A stretch of DNA of 64,000 nucleotides, taken from contig CAVVAQ010000008.1 in NCBI GenBank assembly GCA_963746295.1, positions 42,882 through 106,881 on the forward strand, in the 5' to 3' direction. This DNA is from an uncultured Nitrospira sp. (GTDB lineage: Bacteria > Nitrospirota > Thermodesulfovibrionia > Thermodesulfovibrionales > UBA6898). The notes beneath the pieces are model-generated. The model was not told the origin of the DNA. It did not search any database and worked only from the letters and a program-made list of their open reading frames with translations. Positions 10,310 to 20,310 of the stretch are shown in pieces (positions within the stretch are counted from its first letter, which is position 1; each line of letters begins with the position of its first letter). The translations under genes and the position numbers were made by a program.

Positions 10310-11458
10310 ATGCTCATAGCGGGAAATGATGCGATAGGGCTGGGTGTGGTGGCCTCAGGGTGCAAATTTTATTCTGCCTATCCGATGACCCCTTCAACAG
10401 GGATCATGAATTATGTCGCCGGTAAAGAGTCAAACTACGGGATCATAGTAGAACAGGCAGAAGACGAGATCGCTGCGATTAATATGGCACTGGGCGCTTC
10501 TTTTGGAGGCGTGAGGGCGATGACCGGCACATCCGGAGGGGGTTTTGCCCTGATGGTGGAAGGACTCTCTCTTGCTGCCATGACAGAGACCCCTGTGGTG
10601 ATAGCCCTCGGGCAGAGGCCAGGCCCTGCTACGGGTCTTCCGACACGGACTGAGCAGGGCGAACTGCAGTTCGCCCTTTATACGGCGCACGGTGAATTTC
10701 CGAGGGTGATCTTCGCCCCCGGCACCCCGGAACAGGCTTTTTATCTTACGAACAAGGCCTTTGATCTCGCAGAAAAATACCAGATACCTGTCATTATCCT
10801 TACAGACCAGTATCTTGCAGACTCCCAATGGACCTTTGACGGTTTCGATACAGGCAAGCTTTTATACACTGATTATCGGCTGCGTGGCGAAGCGTTCAAA
10901 AAACTCTCTGACTATAAGAGGCATGCGTTTACTGATAATGGTGTATCCCCCCTTGCTGTTCCAGGCGATGCGAAACATGTTGTGGTCACAGACAGCGATG
11001 AGCACGATGAGGAAGGACATATCATCGAGGATGCCGAAACAAGGGTGAAGATGGTGGAAAAGAGGATATTCAGGAAACTGCCGAATATCATCAAGGAGAT
11101 AGCATCCCCCCTGTTTTATGGAAAGAGTGAACCAGAAACAGTACTGGTCGGTTGGGGCTCCACCTATGGCGTGATGAAAGAGGCTGTTGACTTATTTTCC
11201 CGGGAACAGAAAATCGCCATGCTCCATTTCAGTGAACTCTATCCTTTCCCTTCAACAGATACCTTCGATTACCTGAATGTTCTGAAAAACGCGAAACTTA
11301 CTCTCTGTATTGAAAACAACGCAACAGGACAGTTTGCACGTCTCATGAGGGCAGAGACAGGTTATGAGTTTACGTCCCGGATCAACAGGTATGATGGGAG
11401 ACCCTTCACCCTTGAATCTTTAGCAGGAGAGATACATGTCTACACTGGAAGATTATAA
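10310..11458 (+). CDS. 2-oxoacid:ferredoxin oxidoreductase, alpha subunit (frame open upstream to about 10236; possibly fused to gamma)
   Basis: LIAGNDAIGLGVVASGCKFYSAYPMTPSTGIMNY...EDEIAAINMALGASFGGVRAMTGTSGGGFALM is the typical alpha subunit pattern. Confidence 0.85.
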   Translation: MLIAGNDAIGLGVVASGCKFYSAYPMTPSTGIMNYVAGKESNYGIIVEQAEDEIAAINMALGASFGGVRAMTGTSGGGFALMVEGLSLAAMTETPVVIALGQRPGPATGLPTRTEQGELQFALYTAHGEFPRVIFAPGTPEQAFYLTNKAFDLAEKYQIPVIILTDQYLADSQWTFDGFDTGKLLYTDYRLRGEAFKKLSDYKRHAFTDNGVSPLAVPGDAKHVVVTDSDEHDEEGHIIEDAETRVKMVEKRIFRKLPNIIKEIASPLFYGKSEPETVLVGWGSTYGVMKEAVDLFSREQKIAMLHFSELYPFPSTDTFDYLNVLKNAKLTLCIENNATGQFARLMRAETGYEFTSRINRYDGRPFTLESLAGEIHVYTGRL

Positions 11459-12287
11459 AGGCAGGACACCTGCATGGTGCCCCGGCTGCGGCAACTTCGG
11501 CATCCTCAATACCTTTAAGGGGGCTGTTGTGGAATTGGGCCTGGAACCTCATCAGTTCACTATCGTATCCGGTATCGGTCAGGCGGCGAAATTACCACAT
11601 TACCTGAGATGCAACACCTTCAACGGTCTCCATGGAAGAAGCCTCCCGGTAGCGACAGGCTTGAAGCTTGCGAATCACGAAATGACGGTGATCGCTGTCG
11701 CAGGAGACGGAGACTGCTACGGCGAGGGCGGCAATCACCTGCTTCACGCAATCAGAAGAAATATCGGCATCAAGCTTTTTGTCCACGACAACCAGATATA
11801 CGGCCTTACAAAAGGACAGGCCTCACCGACAAGCATGGAGGGCATCAAAACGAAAAACCAGCCTCTCGGGGTCTTTTCAGAACAGTTCAATCCCCTGGCA
11901 TTTGCTATAGCGCTTGACTGCAGTTTTGTGGCAAGGGGCTTCGCGGGAGACATAGAACATCTGAAAGGACTGATGAAAGAGGCGATGGGTCATGAGGGTT
12001 TCTCTCTCGTCGATATTCTGCAGCCCTGTGTAACCTTTAACAAGATCAACACCTATGAATGGTACCGCCAGAGGGTCTATCACCTCGAAGCTGAATACAA
12101 TCCCTCGGACAGAGTCGAAGCGTTTAAAAGGGCCCTGGAATGGGGTGACAGGATTCCTCTCGGGATACTCTTCAGAAATAACCGCCCTGCCTATGAAAAA
12201 AGGATATCGTTTATACAGGACAAACCTCTTGTCAGGCAGCCGTTCGATATCTCGAAAGTGGAAACAACGCTGAAAGAGTTTTATTGA
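11436..12287 (+). CDS. 2-oxoacid:ferredoxin oxidoreductase, beta (TPP-binding) subunit
   Basis: The sequence reads PAWCPGCGNFGIL...GDGDCYGEGGNHLLHAIRRN...DNQIYGLTKGQASPTS. It overlaps the alpha stop by 23 nt. Confidence 0.9.
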   Translation: MSTLEDYKGRTPAWCPGCGNFGILNTFKGAVVELGLEPHQFTIVSGIGQAAKLPHYLRCNTFNGLHGRSLPVATGLKLANHEMTVIAVAGDGDCYGEGGNHLLHAIRRNIGIKLFVHDNQIYGLTKGQASPTSMEGIKTKNQPLGVFSEQFNPLAFAIALDCSFVARGFAGDIEHLKGLMKEAMGHEGFSLVDILQPCVTFNKINTYEWYRQRVYHLEAEYNPSDRVEAFKRALEWGDRIPLGILFRNNRPAYEKRISFIQDKPLVRQPFDISKVETTLKEFY

Positions 12288-12409
12288 TTTGGGCATGCGG
12301 CGATGAGAGGATATCAGGTTTTAGTGGGCTTTTCGGTGTTTTTGGGTTCGGTATCTACCAATGACCAAAATCGGTGGTTCAACGGTTAAGATGAATAACA
12401 ACGCTGCTT

Positions 12410-12418
12410 TGATATAAT
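12410..12418 (+). promoter_or_regulatory. Extended -10 promoter element TGATATAAT upstream of lemA
   Basis: Perfect TGnTATAAT about 38 nt upstream of ATG 12456. Sequence match only. Confidence 0.35.
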
Positions 12419-12455
12419 GAATGTAATCATCAGATCAACCATCAAGGGGGAATTT

Positions 12456-13040
12456 ATGAAAAAACTGCTGTTTTTTGGTCTTGCCATCATCCTTCTCCTC
12501 AGCGCCTCGGGATGCGGGTACAACACGATTCAGGCGAATGAGGAAGCGGTAAAGGCAGCGTGGGGTGACGTTGAATCAGCCTACCAGAGGAGAAGCGACC
12601 TCATCCCGAACCTCGTGGAAGTTGTCAAAGGGTATGCGAAGCATGAAAGAGAGACCCTTGAAGCTGTTACCGAGGCCCGCGCAAAGGTGGGGAATATGCA
12701 GGTCACGAAGGATGTGCTGAACGACCCGCAGGCATTCAAACAGTTCCAGGAGGTTCAGGGGTCCCTGTCCAGCGCACTTTCACGCCTAATGGTCGTTGTA
12801 GAACAATATCCTGATCTCAAGGCAAACCAGAACTTCCAGGACCTTCAGCACCAGCTGGAAGGAACAGAAAACCGGATCAACGTTGCCAGATCGAGATATA
12901 ACAAAACAGTCGAGACTTTCAATACCTCTATCAGAATGTTCCCGAACAATATCACGAATAAACTGTTGCTTCACCTGAAACTCAGAGAGCCCTTTAAGGC
13001 CGAAGCAGGTGCGGAAAAGGCCCCGACAGTGCATTTCTGA
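12456..13040 (+). CDS. lemA: LemA family lipoprotein
   Basis: [20 protein letters not shown] is a lipobox. It is followed by [34 protein letters not shown]...[15 protein letters not shown], the LemA signature. Confidence 0.85.
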   Translation: MKKLLFFGLAIILLLSASGCGYNTIQANEEAVKAAWGDVESAYQRRSDLIPNLVEVVKGYAKHERETLEAVTEARAKVGNMQVTKDVLNDPQAFKQFQEVQGSLSSALSRLMVVVEQYPDLKANQNFQDLQHQLEGTENRINVARSRYNKTVETFNTSIRMFPNNITNKLLLHLKLREPFKAEAGAEKAPTVHF

Positions 13041-13043
13041 TTC

Positions 13044-13967
13044 GTGAAATATTTCAGTAAAGATATACCTGTATTTCGGAATATCCTGAGGGAGACCCGT
13101 TCTCTTTTACTGCTCCTTCTATGGCTTTTCTGTATGTCCCCTTCTGCCTCTGCTCTTGATATCCCGAAGCTGCAGGGGTACGTCAATGACTACGCTGACA
13201 TGATCTCCCCGGAGACAAAAAACAGTCTGGAAGCAGAGCTGCAGAAATTTGAAGTTACTGACTCCACCCAGATCGTGGTCCTGACTGTCCCGTCCCTTGA
13301 GGGAGAGGACATCGAGGGGTTCAGTATAAGAGTGGCTGACGCATGGAAGATCGGACAGAAGCTCAAAGACAATGGTGTGGTCCTGCTGGTCGCAAAAGAA
13401 GAGAAGAAGATCAGGATAGAGGTCGGCCGTGGACTCGAGGGACGCTTGACGGACCTTATGGCCGGACGGATAATTGACCTTGTCGTGAAACCCAGATTTA
13501 AGCGGGGAGACTTTAACGGGGGATTTGTGGCCGGCATTCATGCAATTATTGAGGGAACGCGGGGCGAATTTACTGCTGAAGATACGCGAAAACCTTCCCA
13601 TGGTCGTAATCCTTCCGAGTTTCTGACCTTTCTTATCTTTAGTCTGATCTTTATCCTCGTTGTCGGGAATATCTCCCGTCTCTTCAGCGGTGCAGCCGGA
13701 GCTCTCGGATTACCTGCTCTCGTAAGTTCCTTTTTCAGTGTCGGCAGCCTGACGCTTTTTGTCCTTGGGGCATTTGGATTGGTCATAGGTCTTATCCTCC
13801 CTTTTCTCTTTTCATCGACCGGTCATTTGCGGCGCGGCGGGACTTCCTGGCCCGGCGGCGGATATCATGGGGGCGGGGGTTTTGGTGGAGGGTTCGGCAG
13901 CGGTGGCGGTGGTTTTAGTGGCGGTGGAGGCGGCTTTGGCGGTGGCGGAGCTTCAGGAGGCTGGTAA
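13044..13967 (+). CDS. TPM-domain (YgcG-like) membrane protein with Gly-rich C-terminus
   Basis: The TPM domain reads VNDYADMISPE...STQIVVLTVPSLEGEDIE. It is followed by TM helices and the tail GGGFGGGFGSGGGGFSGGGGGFGGGGASGGW. Confidence 0.75.
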   Translation: MKYFSKDIPVFRNILRETRSLLLLLLWLFCMSPSASALDIPKLQGYVNDYADMISPETKNSLEAELQKFEVTDSTQIVVLTVPSLEGEDIEGFSIRVADAWKIGQKLKDNGVVLLVAKEEKKIRIEVGRGLEGRLTDLMAGRIIDLVVKPRFKRGDFNGGFVAGIHAIIEGTRGEFTAEDTRKPSHGRNPSEFLTFLIFSLIFILVVGNISRLFSGAAGALGLPALVSSFFSVGSLTLFVLGAFGLVIGLILPFLFSSTGHLRRGGTSWPGGGYHGGGGFGGGFGSGGGGFSGGGGGFGGGGASGGW

Positions 13968-14608
13968 TGAAATATTCTCTGTCAGATACCTATTTTACCT
14001 CTGAAGAGAAAGCGAAAATCGAGCAGGCGATCGGGGAAACAGAACTGATCACGACAGGTGAAGTTGTGGCGATAGTTGTCGGCAGCAGCGACCACTACCC
14101 TGAAGCAGCAATCATCGGTGCGGGATTTTTTGCCAGCGTTATCTCACTTGCCACAGCAAAGCTTTTTTTTGCATCTTCCCTCTGGCACTTTATACTGCTG
14201 CAAATTTTACTCTTCTTTCCGTTACGATATCTTTTTGAACAGAGTCCTTTTTTCAAAGCACTGTTTATCGGCCCCAGGCTTAAAAGAGAGAGAGTGCGGC
14301 AGAAAGCCTTGCAGACCTTTCATGAAAAAGAGCTTCATAAAACCCGATATCGCACCAGCGTCCTGTTCTTTCTCTCAATTTACGAGAGGACCGTATGGGT
14401 CCTTGCGGACAAGGGCATATACGAAAAGATACATCAGGATACATTAGAAAGTTTTGCTCAAGCAGTCTCCCTGGGCATGAAAGAGGGCAGAGGATGTGAT
14501 GCCCTCTGCAAGGCGATCAGGGACACCGGCGCACTCCTTTCGACGCACTTCCCTGCGGGACCCGGAGATATCAATGAGCTATCGAACAAAGTAATTACAG
14601 GGGAATAA
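13967..14608 (+). CDS. TPM-domain protein (second member of the LemA-TPM-TPM operon)
   Basis: The sequence reads FTSEEKAKIEQAIGETELITTGEVVAIVV, followed by TM helices and ...VLFFLSIYERTVWVLADKGI. Start and stop overlap (ATGA-type junction at 13967). Confidence 0.7.
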   Translation: MKYSLSDTYFTSEEKAKIEQAIGETELITTGEVVAIVVGSSDHYPEAAIIGAGFFASVISLATAKLFFASSLWHFILLQILLFFPLRYLFEQSPFFKALFIGPRLKRERVRQKALQTFHEKELHKTRYRTSVLFFLSIYERTVWVLADKGIYEKIHQDTLESFAQAVSLGMKEGRGCDALCKAIRDTGALLSTHFPAGPGDINELSNKVITGE

Positions 14609-14925
14609 GACCGGGCAGATTAATTCAATAGATGTAAACAAACATGCAGTGCCTTTCTTAACCCCTTTGTTTCCTGTTAAAGACAAAAGCGTTTCAGTCT
14701 TTCTCACCATTTTGTGACCCAGATCACCTATTTCCTCAAATATGAATATTAATTCATGGTAATTTCATCGGGTTTTAATATATTTAGTTTAAGCTGTACA
14801 AAATAGAAAAACCATTCAAGCCATTCAGGAGGTGATGAGATAGGGGCATAAAAACAAGTTCTCTGCAGGAAAAAGGCGAAGTTTTCTAAAAACAAAAATA
14901 AAAAAACAAGTAACGAGGAGGCCTT

Positions 14926-17883
14926 ATGCAGAAGAAGCAGTGGATACCATTTATCACACTGGCAGCACTTCTGATTCTTGCGATCATGGTACCGGTTGCA
15001 GGAGCTTACGAAACGTACACAGATTGCGCGTCCTGTCACGGGAATTTCACAGCCACACCTTATTCAGCATTGGCAGCGGCAAAGGCTGCTAACCCAGTAT
15101 GGACAGGCGGTCTTCATAACACACACAGAAACTCATCAACAGCAACGCCCCAAGGCATGCTTAACAGCAACTGTAATGCCTGCCACTCGGGAACTTCCAG
15201 GACACCTGTTTTCATGAATTTATCTGCAGCAGCAGCTCCGTTTAACCAGTCCTGCACAGGATGTCACGACGGCCCGGGTCTGAGGGCGCATCATGTAAAC
15301 AGTGGCTCTGATACGTGCTACGATTGTCACAGCGACCCGGCCCCTGATCCTGAGAATGTTCTGCGACCGGTATTCTCTGCGACTTTCGGGACAACCAGCG
15401 GCACGACCAGGGTCAATGATCCCTGCAGCAGCACTACAGCGGGGTTTGAGGGAAGGCTTGCGGATGTCACGACAGTTGGTCTGGACAACGACGGAAACCT
15501 TCTCTACGATCAGAATGATCCTGCCTGTGCACCAGCATCAGCGCCAAAGATCAGCGTGTCGCCGACAACACTGACGTTTGGCAATCAGGCGACCGGCAGC
15601 AGTTCCGCAGCACAGACAGTGACGATATCGAACACCGGCACTGCAACTCTCAATGTAACCGGAATTACAAACAGCAATACCACCGATTTTACTGTCACAG
15701 CGCCGTCCACCCCCTTTAATGTTGCTGCCGGCGGGAGTCAGACGTTTAGCGTAGTCTTTGGACCCGTCAGCACAGGAGCAAAGAGTGCGACGATAACCGT
15801 TAGCAGCAATGCAGGGAGTCCCACGGTGAGTGCAACAGGTACGGGTACCGTGCCTCCGGCCCCTGTCCTGAGTGTGTCACCTGCGACCCTGACGTATGCT
15901 AATCAGAATGTAGGCACCACTTCCGCAACTCAGACAGTGACCCTGTCGAACACCGGGAACGCAAGCCTGACTGTTAACGGTCTCATTAATTCAAACGCTA
16001 CTGATTTTGTTGTGGCGGGTGTGACGGTTCCGTTCAATATCGCAGCCAGCGGCAGTCAGACCTTTACGGTGGCCTTCAAGCCCGGCAGTGCAGGGGCGAA
16101 GAGCGCGACCATCAGCATCACAAGTAACGGCGGCAATGGCTCAGTCACTGCCAACGGTACGGGTGTCACACCGGCGACCCCAGTCCTGAGTGTATCACCT
16201 GCAACCCTGACGTATGCTAATCAGAATGTAGGCACCACTTCCGCAACTCAGACAGTGACCCTGTCGAACACCGGGAATGCAAGCCTGACAGTCAACAGCG
16301 TCACCAACGGCAATACCACCGACTTTGTTGTGGCGGGTGTGACGGTTCCGTTCAATATCGCAGCCAGCGGCAGTCAGACCTTTACGGTGGCCTTCAAGCC
16401 CGGCAGTGCAGGGGTGAAGAGCGCGACCATCAGCATCACAAGTAACGGCGGCAATGGCTCAGTCACTGCCAACGGTACGGGTGTCACCCCGGCGACCCCA
16501 GTCCTGAGTGTATCACCTGCAACCCTGACGTATGCTAATCAGAATGTAGGCACCACTTCAGCAACCCAGACAGTGACCCTGTCGAACACCGGGAATGCAA
16601 GCCTGACAGTCAACAGCATCACCAACGGCAATACCACTGATTTTGTTGTGGCGGGTGTGACGGTTCCGTTCAATATCGCAGCCAGCGGCAGTCAGACCTT
16701 TACGGTGGCCTTCAAGCCCGGCAGTGCAGGGGCGAAGAGCGCGACCATCAGCATCACAAGTAACGGCGGCAATGGCTCAGTCACTGCCAACGGTACGGGT
16801 GTCACCCCGGCGACCCCAGTCCTGAGTGTATCACCTGCAACCCTGACGTATGCTAATCAGAATGTAGGCACCACTTCAGCAACCCAGACAGTGACTCTGT
16901 CGAACACCGGGAATGCAAGCCTGACAGTCAACAGCATCACCAACGGCAACACCACTGATTTTGTTGTGGCGGGTGTGACGGTTCCGTTCAATATCGCAGC
17001 CAGCGGCAGTCAGACCTTTACGGTGGCCTTCAAGCCCGGCAGTGCAGGGGCGAAGAGCGCGACCATCAGCATCACAAGTAACGGCGGCAATGGCTCAGTC
17101 ACTGCCAACGGTACGGGTGTCGCAATAGTGACTCAACCGATCCTCAGTGTATCGCCGGCGTCGCTGACATTCGCTAACATAACGGTCAACACAACAACAT
17201 CTAAGACAGTGACGATATCGAACACAGGCAATGCACCGCTGAATATAACTGATATAACCAAAACAGGCTCAGCAGCCTTCAGCTTCTCACCGGCATCTTT
17301 CTCACCGATTAACGCTGGTGCAAGTGCAACACTCACAGTCACCTATGCGCCGACTGTTGCGGGAACTGACCCTGGTTCTACGATCAATATCACGAGTAAC
17401 GGTGGCAATGCCTCAATCAACCTGACAGGATCCGCTGTCCAGCCGCCTGCAACAGGAACGGGAGATGTTGCGCTCGTGAAGCTGACCGTCCCGAGCAAGA
17501 TAACTGCGAAGGTGGGAGAGGCACGGGATTATCATGTCTCTGCTGGAGCTACCACAACATCTAAAAAAATAAAAGCGACTGTTACACTGCAAGCGGCTGC
17601 TGACAATGTAAAAGTCACGCTTAACAGCGCCAGAAAGACTGAAGACCTGAAGGCCACAGAGACGAGAAAGTTCGAGTTTGAGGCCAAAATATCCTGCACC
17701 AAGAGCGGCACATGGCCGATAACCTGGACTGCACAAATTGCTGCACCCTCAAACAGCAACCCTGCGAACGACACCATTACAGGGACGACTCAGGTAGTCT
17801 GCTCTGGTTCAACCGAGGAACAGGCTGAAGAATCTGATAGCAGTGATGACCGCCGCGTGGTTTACCAGTACAGGGTAAACTAA
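14926..17883 (+). CDS. Secreted tetrahaem cytochrome c fused to six Ig-like (choice-of-anchor-D/ASH-type) repeats and a C-terminal CARDB-like domain
   Basis: Signal peptide. Four CXXCH motifs in the first ~150 aa (CASCH, CNACH, CTGCH, CYDCH). Repeats of ~106 aa read LSVSPxTLTF/YxNQ..G..S..QTVT(I/L)SNTG...L.V...TN...DF.V. RBS GGAGG. Confidence 0.85.
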   Translation: MQKKQWIPFITLAALLILAIMVPVAGAYETYTDCASCHGNFTATPYSALAAAKAANPVWTGGLHNTHRNSSTATPQGMLNSNCNACHSGTSRTPVFMNLSAAAAPFNQSCTGCHDGPGLRAHHVNSGSDTCYDCHSDPAPDPENVLRPVFSATFGTTSGTTRVNDPCSSTTAGFEGRLADVTTVGLDNDGNLLYDQNDPACAPASAPKISVSPTTLTFGNQATGSSSAAQTVTISNTGTATLNVTGITNSNTTDFTVTAPSTPFNVAAGGSQTFSVVFGPVSTGAKSATITVSSNAGSPTVSATGTGTVPPAPVLSVSPATLTYANQNVGTTSATQTVTLSNTGNASLTVNGLINSNATDFVVAGVTVPFNIAASGSQTFTVAFKPGSAGAKSATISITSNGGNGSVTANGTGVTPATPVLSVSPATLTYANQNVGTTSATQTVTLSNTGNASLTVNSVTNGNTTDFVVAGVTVPFNIAASGSQTFTVAFKPGSAGVKSATISITSNGGNGSVTANGTGVTPATPVLSVSPATLTYANQNVGTTSATQTVTLSNTGNASLTVNSITNGNTTDFVVAGVTVPFNIAASGSQTFTVAFKPGSAGAKSATISITSNGGNGSVTANGTGVTPATPVLSVSPATLTYANQNVGTTSATQTVTLSNTGNASLTVNSITNGNTTDFVVAGVTVPFNIAASGSQTFTVAFKPGSAGAKSATISITSNGGNGSVTANGTGVAIVTQPILSVSPASLTFANITVNTTTSKTVTISNTGNAPLNITDITKTGSAAFSFSPASFSPINAGASATLTVTYAPTVAGTDPGSTINITSNGGNASINLTGSAVQPPATGTGDVALVKLTVPSKITAKVGEARDYHVSAGATTTSKKIKATVTLQAAADNVKVTLNSARKTEDLKATETRKFEFEAKISCTKSGTWPITWTAQIAAPSNSNPANDTITGTTQVVCSGSTEEQAEESDSSDDRRVVYQYRVN
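15862..17133 (+). repeat. Four near-identical in-frame tandem repeats of 318 bp (106 aa) inside the cytochrome gene
   Basis: Repeat phase CCn GTC CTG AGT begins at 15862, 16180, 16498 and 16816. Copies 2-4 differ by only a handful of bases. More divergent copies flank the array (15541-15861 and ~17134-17450). Confidence 0.9.
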
Positions 17884-17900
17884 CAGCACAGAACAGACTG

Positions 17901-17924
17901 AAAGGCCTTTCCATAAGGCCTTTT
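17901..17924 (+). terminator. Hairpin after the cytochrome gene
   Basis: AAAGGCCTT-tccat-AAGGCCTTT followed by T. Confidence 0.5.
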
Positions 17925-17943
17925 GGTCCACCCTGGAAATAAA

Positions 17944-17978
17944 GAGGTGGAGGGAAACTTCTCTCCACCTCTTTTTTT
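17944..17978 (+). terminator. Intrinsic terminator
   Basis: GAGGTGGAG-ggaaacttct-CTCCACCTC followed by T7. Confidence 0.7.
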
Positions 17979-18209
17979 GACCTGCAGCATCAAGGCCGGG
18001 GAATAACCTTCTGAACATTCGGATATCGTCATAACGAAATTAGTTTTATTCTCAGCCTGGGTCTTCATATTGTTTTCGACATTTCTCTCCAATTTTTCCT
18101 TTTAATGCCCGTCTCCAACCGGCACACAATAAAAGAAAGATATGCTAAAATAAACAACTCTCTAATAATGGCTGGATCTCTTCCTCTGAAGAGGAAAGGA
18201 GTTTTATCG

Positions 18210-18348
18210 TTCACCGTTTTCTTGCAGTCTGGGAGCGGCCCTGCGCAACAGGCCGGTGTGAACTTCGTCAGGTCCGGAAGGAAGCAGCGATAAGCATTAT
18301 GTCTGTGTGCCGTAGCAAGTCGTTCCCGGGCTGCAAAAAGACAGTGAA
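18210..18348 (+). ncRNA. ffs: Signal recognition particle RNA (small/4.5S type)
   Basis: Contains the invariant domain IV sequence GTCAGGTCCGGAAGGAAGCAGC and a downstream GTGTGCCG, as in E. coli 4.5S RNA. The 5' arm (TTCACCGTTTTCTTGCAGTCTGGGAGCG) is complementary to the 3' arm (CGTTCCCGGGCTGCAAAAAGACAGTGAA). It lies directly upstream of dnaX, the usual synteny. Ends are good to about +/-10 nt. Confidence 0.8.
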
Positions 18349-18536
18349 ACAGGAAGCGCCAATGTGTAGGAAGCGTCCTGTCCCTGATATTTTTTACACA
18401 TTTTGAAGTGTCATTCCGGTTTGTCGGGTCTATGACCCAAAGAGAATTTTCCCCGTTTTCGAAGATGGATTCAGGACATGCCGGAAAAACAGGAAAAGAG
18501 GAATCGGCAAATTTATAAACTGCCTATCAAACAATT

Positions 18537-20310
18537 ATGAGTTATCTGGTACTAGCAAGGAAATGGAGACCGCAGGGGTTTGATGATCTTATCGGACAGG
18601 AGCCGATAATGCATATCCTCAGAAACGCCATTTCCCAGTCAAAGATCTCCCACGCATACTTATTCTCCGGCCCGAGAGGGGTCGGCAAAACGTCCACAGC
18701 CAGAATACTCGCAAAAGCGCTCAACTGCAAGGAAGGTCCTACCCCATTACCCTGCGGAGTGTGCGCTTCCTGTATTGCGATAACCGATGGCTCTGCAGTG
18801 GATGTCACTGAAATAGACGGGGCTTCAAACAATAGCGTTGATGATATCAGGGACCTGCGGGAACGGGTCAAATACGCGCCTGCCGGCAGGAAAATACAAG
18901 GTATACATTATCGATGAGGTGCATATGCTTTCGACATCGGCCTTCAACGCGCTGCTTAAAAACCCTTGAGGAACCGCCTTCCCATGTTATCTTCGTACTC
19001 GCAACAACAGAGATGAAAAAGATACCGGCAACAGTACTTTCCCGCTGTCAGCACATGCCTTTCAGAAGGATATCCAGCAGCATGATAAAGGCAAGGCTCA
19101 CAACAAATCTCCGAGGCAGGAAGACATCCACATATCTTCCCCTGCGCTGGGGCTCGTTGCTAAAGCTGCTGACGGCAGTGTACGGGATTCCCTGACCATA
19201 CTTGACCAGCTTTCTTCATTCTCTTCCGAGATAACCGAAGAGGATGTCCAGGGTCTTCTGGGTATGGCTGATTTCGGCCTTCTTTCAAAACTGTCACAGG
19301 CATTAATCTCCGGCAACAGGGTCGACATCATCAACCTCATCAGTCTGCTTTCTGAAAACGGGGCTGACTTCAGGTCCTTCACAAAAGAACTGGTGCAGTT
19401 CTTCCGTGACCTGCTTGTGGCAAGTGTGGTCCAGTAAGCCGGAAGACGCGCTTGACCTGAATATTGAAGAGCTGTCCGTAGTAAAAGATATTGTCACAAC
19501 ATCCTCCGAAGACCAGCTCACGCTGATGCTCTCCGAAATCATGAAGGCTGAGACCGATGTCAGAAACGCGTCCTCTCCAAGACTCGCGCTCGAAATGGCA
19601 CTGATACGGGCCAGTTTCCTCAGCACCATGAAGCCGCTCAAAGAGGTGATCGATAATATCGACCTTTACAGCAGGCAGATTCTCCGGACCAGCAACCAGA
19701 CAGCCCCCGGCAGGCACGACTCTCCGGAAAAATGTTCCACCTGTTGAGGAAGAAAAGCCGGATATGAAGCCGGAAAGCAGGTCTGAAGCCGGAGATGCCG
19801 ATATCCTCTGAAGAGTCTGTTGAGGAAAAATACCTGAAGGACAATCCGGAAGATACCCCTGAAGAAAGATACCATTGAGGATCAGAAGATGATGATGCTC
19901 CTGATGGAAATTCCATCTGCTCCGCTCCTGGACACAAGCGGGGATTTATCCTCTGCCTGGGCCAAAGACCCTCGATAAAATAGACGCCCCTCTCGCTTCA
20001 AAAATCTCTCAGGCCAGCGTTGAATTTAATGGAAATGGAACTTTTGCTTACCCTTGATGGCGGACATGCTGTCTTCGAAGACGCAATAAAGAAAAACCTG
20101 AAGTCCCTGGAAAATATTGTGTCCGGCGAGTACGGGAATAAAGTCAGGGTAAAGCTGGTTACCTCACAGAAAAAGCCTCCCCGCAAAAAAGACCTGAAAG
20201 AAAAGGCCATGAGCGAGCCTGTTGTCAGGGAGGCACTGGAGCTTTTTGAAGGAAGGGTCGTAGATGTAACACCAATCGAAAATATGAAAAATGGAGGAGA
20301 CCATGTCTAA
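18537..20310 (+). CDS. dnaX: DNA polymerase III subunit gamma/tau, split by multiple frameshifts
   Basis: 18537.. gives [22 protein letters not shown]...[23 protein letters not shown] and the Zn module [22 protein letters not shown](T)[20 protein letters not shown] and [12 protein letters not shown] are readable in shifting frames. The tail ORF 20020..20310 ends the gene. Confidence 0.85.

Noticed and set aside
15862-17133. A regular 318-bp tandem repeat array that could be taken for a CRISPR-like or satellite array.
   Set aside because: The repeats are in frame within one long ORF, encode an Ig-like protein domain, have no unique spacers, and are far longer than CRISPR repeats.
18143-18206. 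An extended -10-like TGCTAAAAT followed ~40 nt later by a hairpin (TTCCTC-tgaa-GAGGAA) plus a T-run, as a possible ~50-nt sRNA upstream of ffs.
   Set aside because: This rests on sequence motifs only, with no conservation evidence available. It could equally be part of the ffs promoter or leader, so support is insufficient to call a gene.
18880-19000. The frame change in dnaX as a programmed -1 frameshift producing gamma, as in E. coli.
   Set aside because: The break lies in the N-terminal ATPase core (before EEPP/SRC motifs), not after domain III. There is no A AAA AAG-type slippery site with a downstream hairpin, and the gene has several further breaks, so it looks like indel error.
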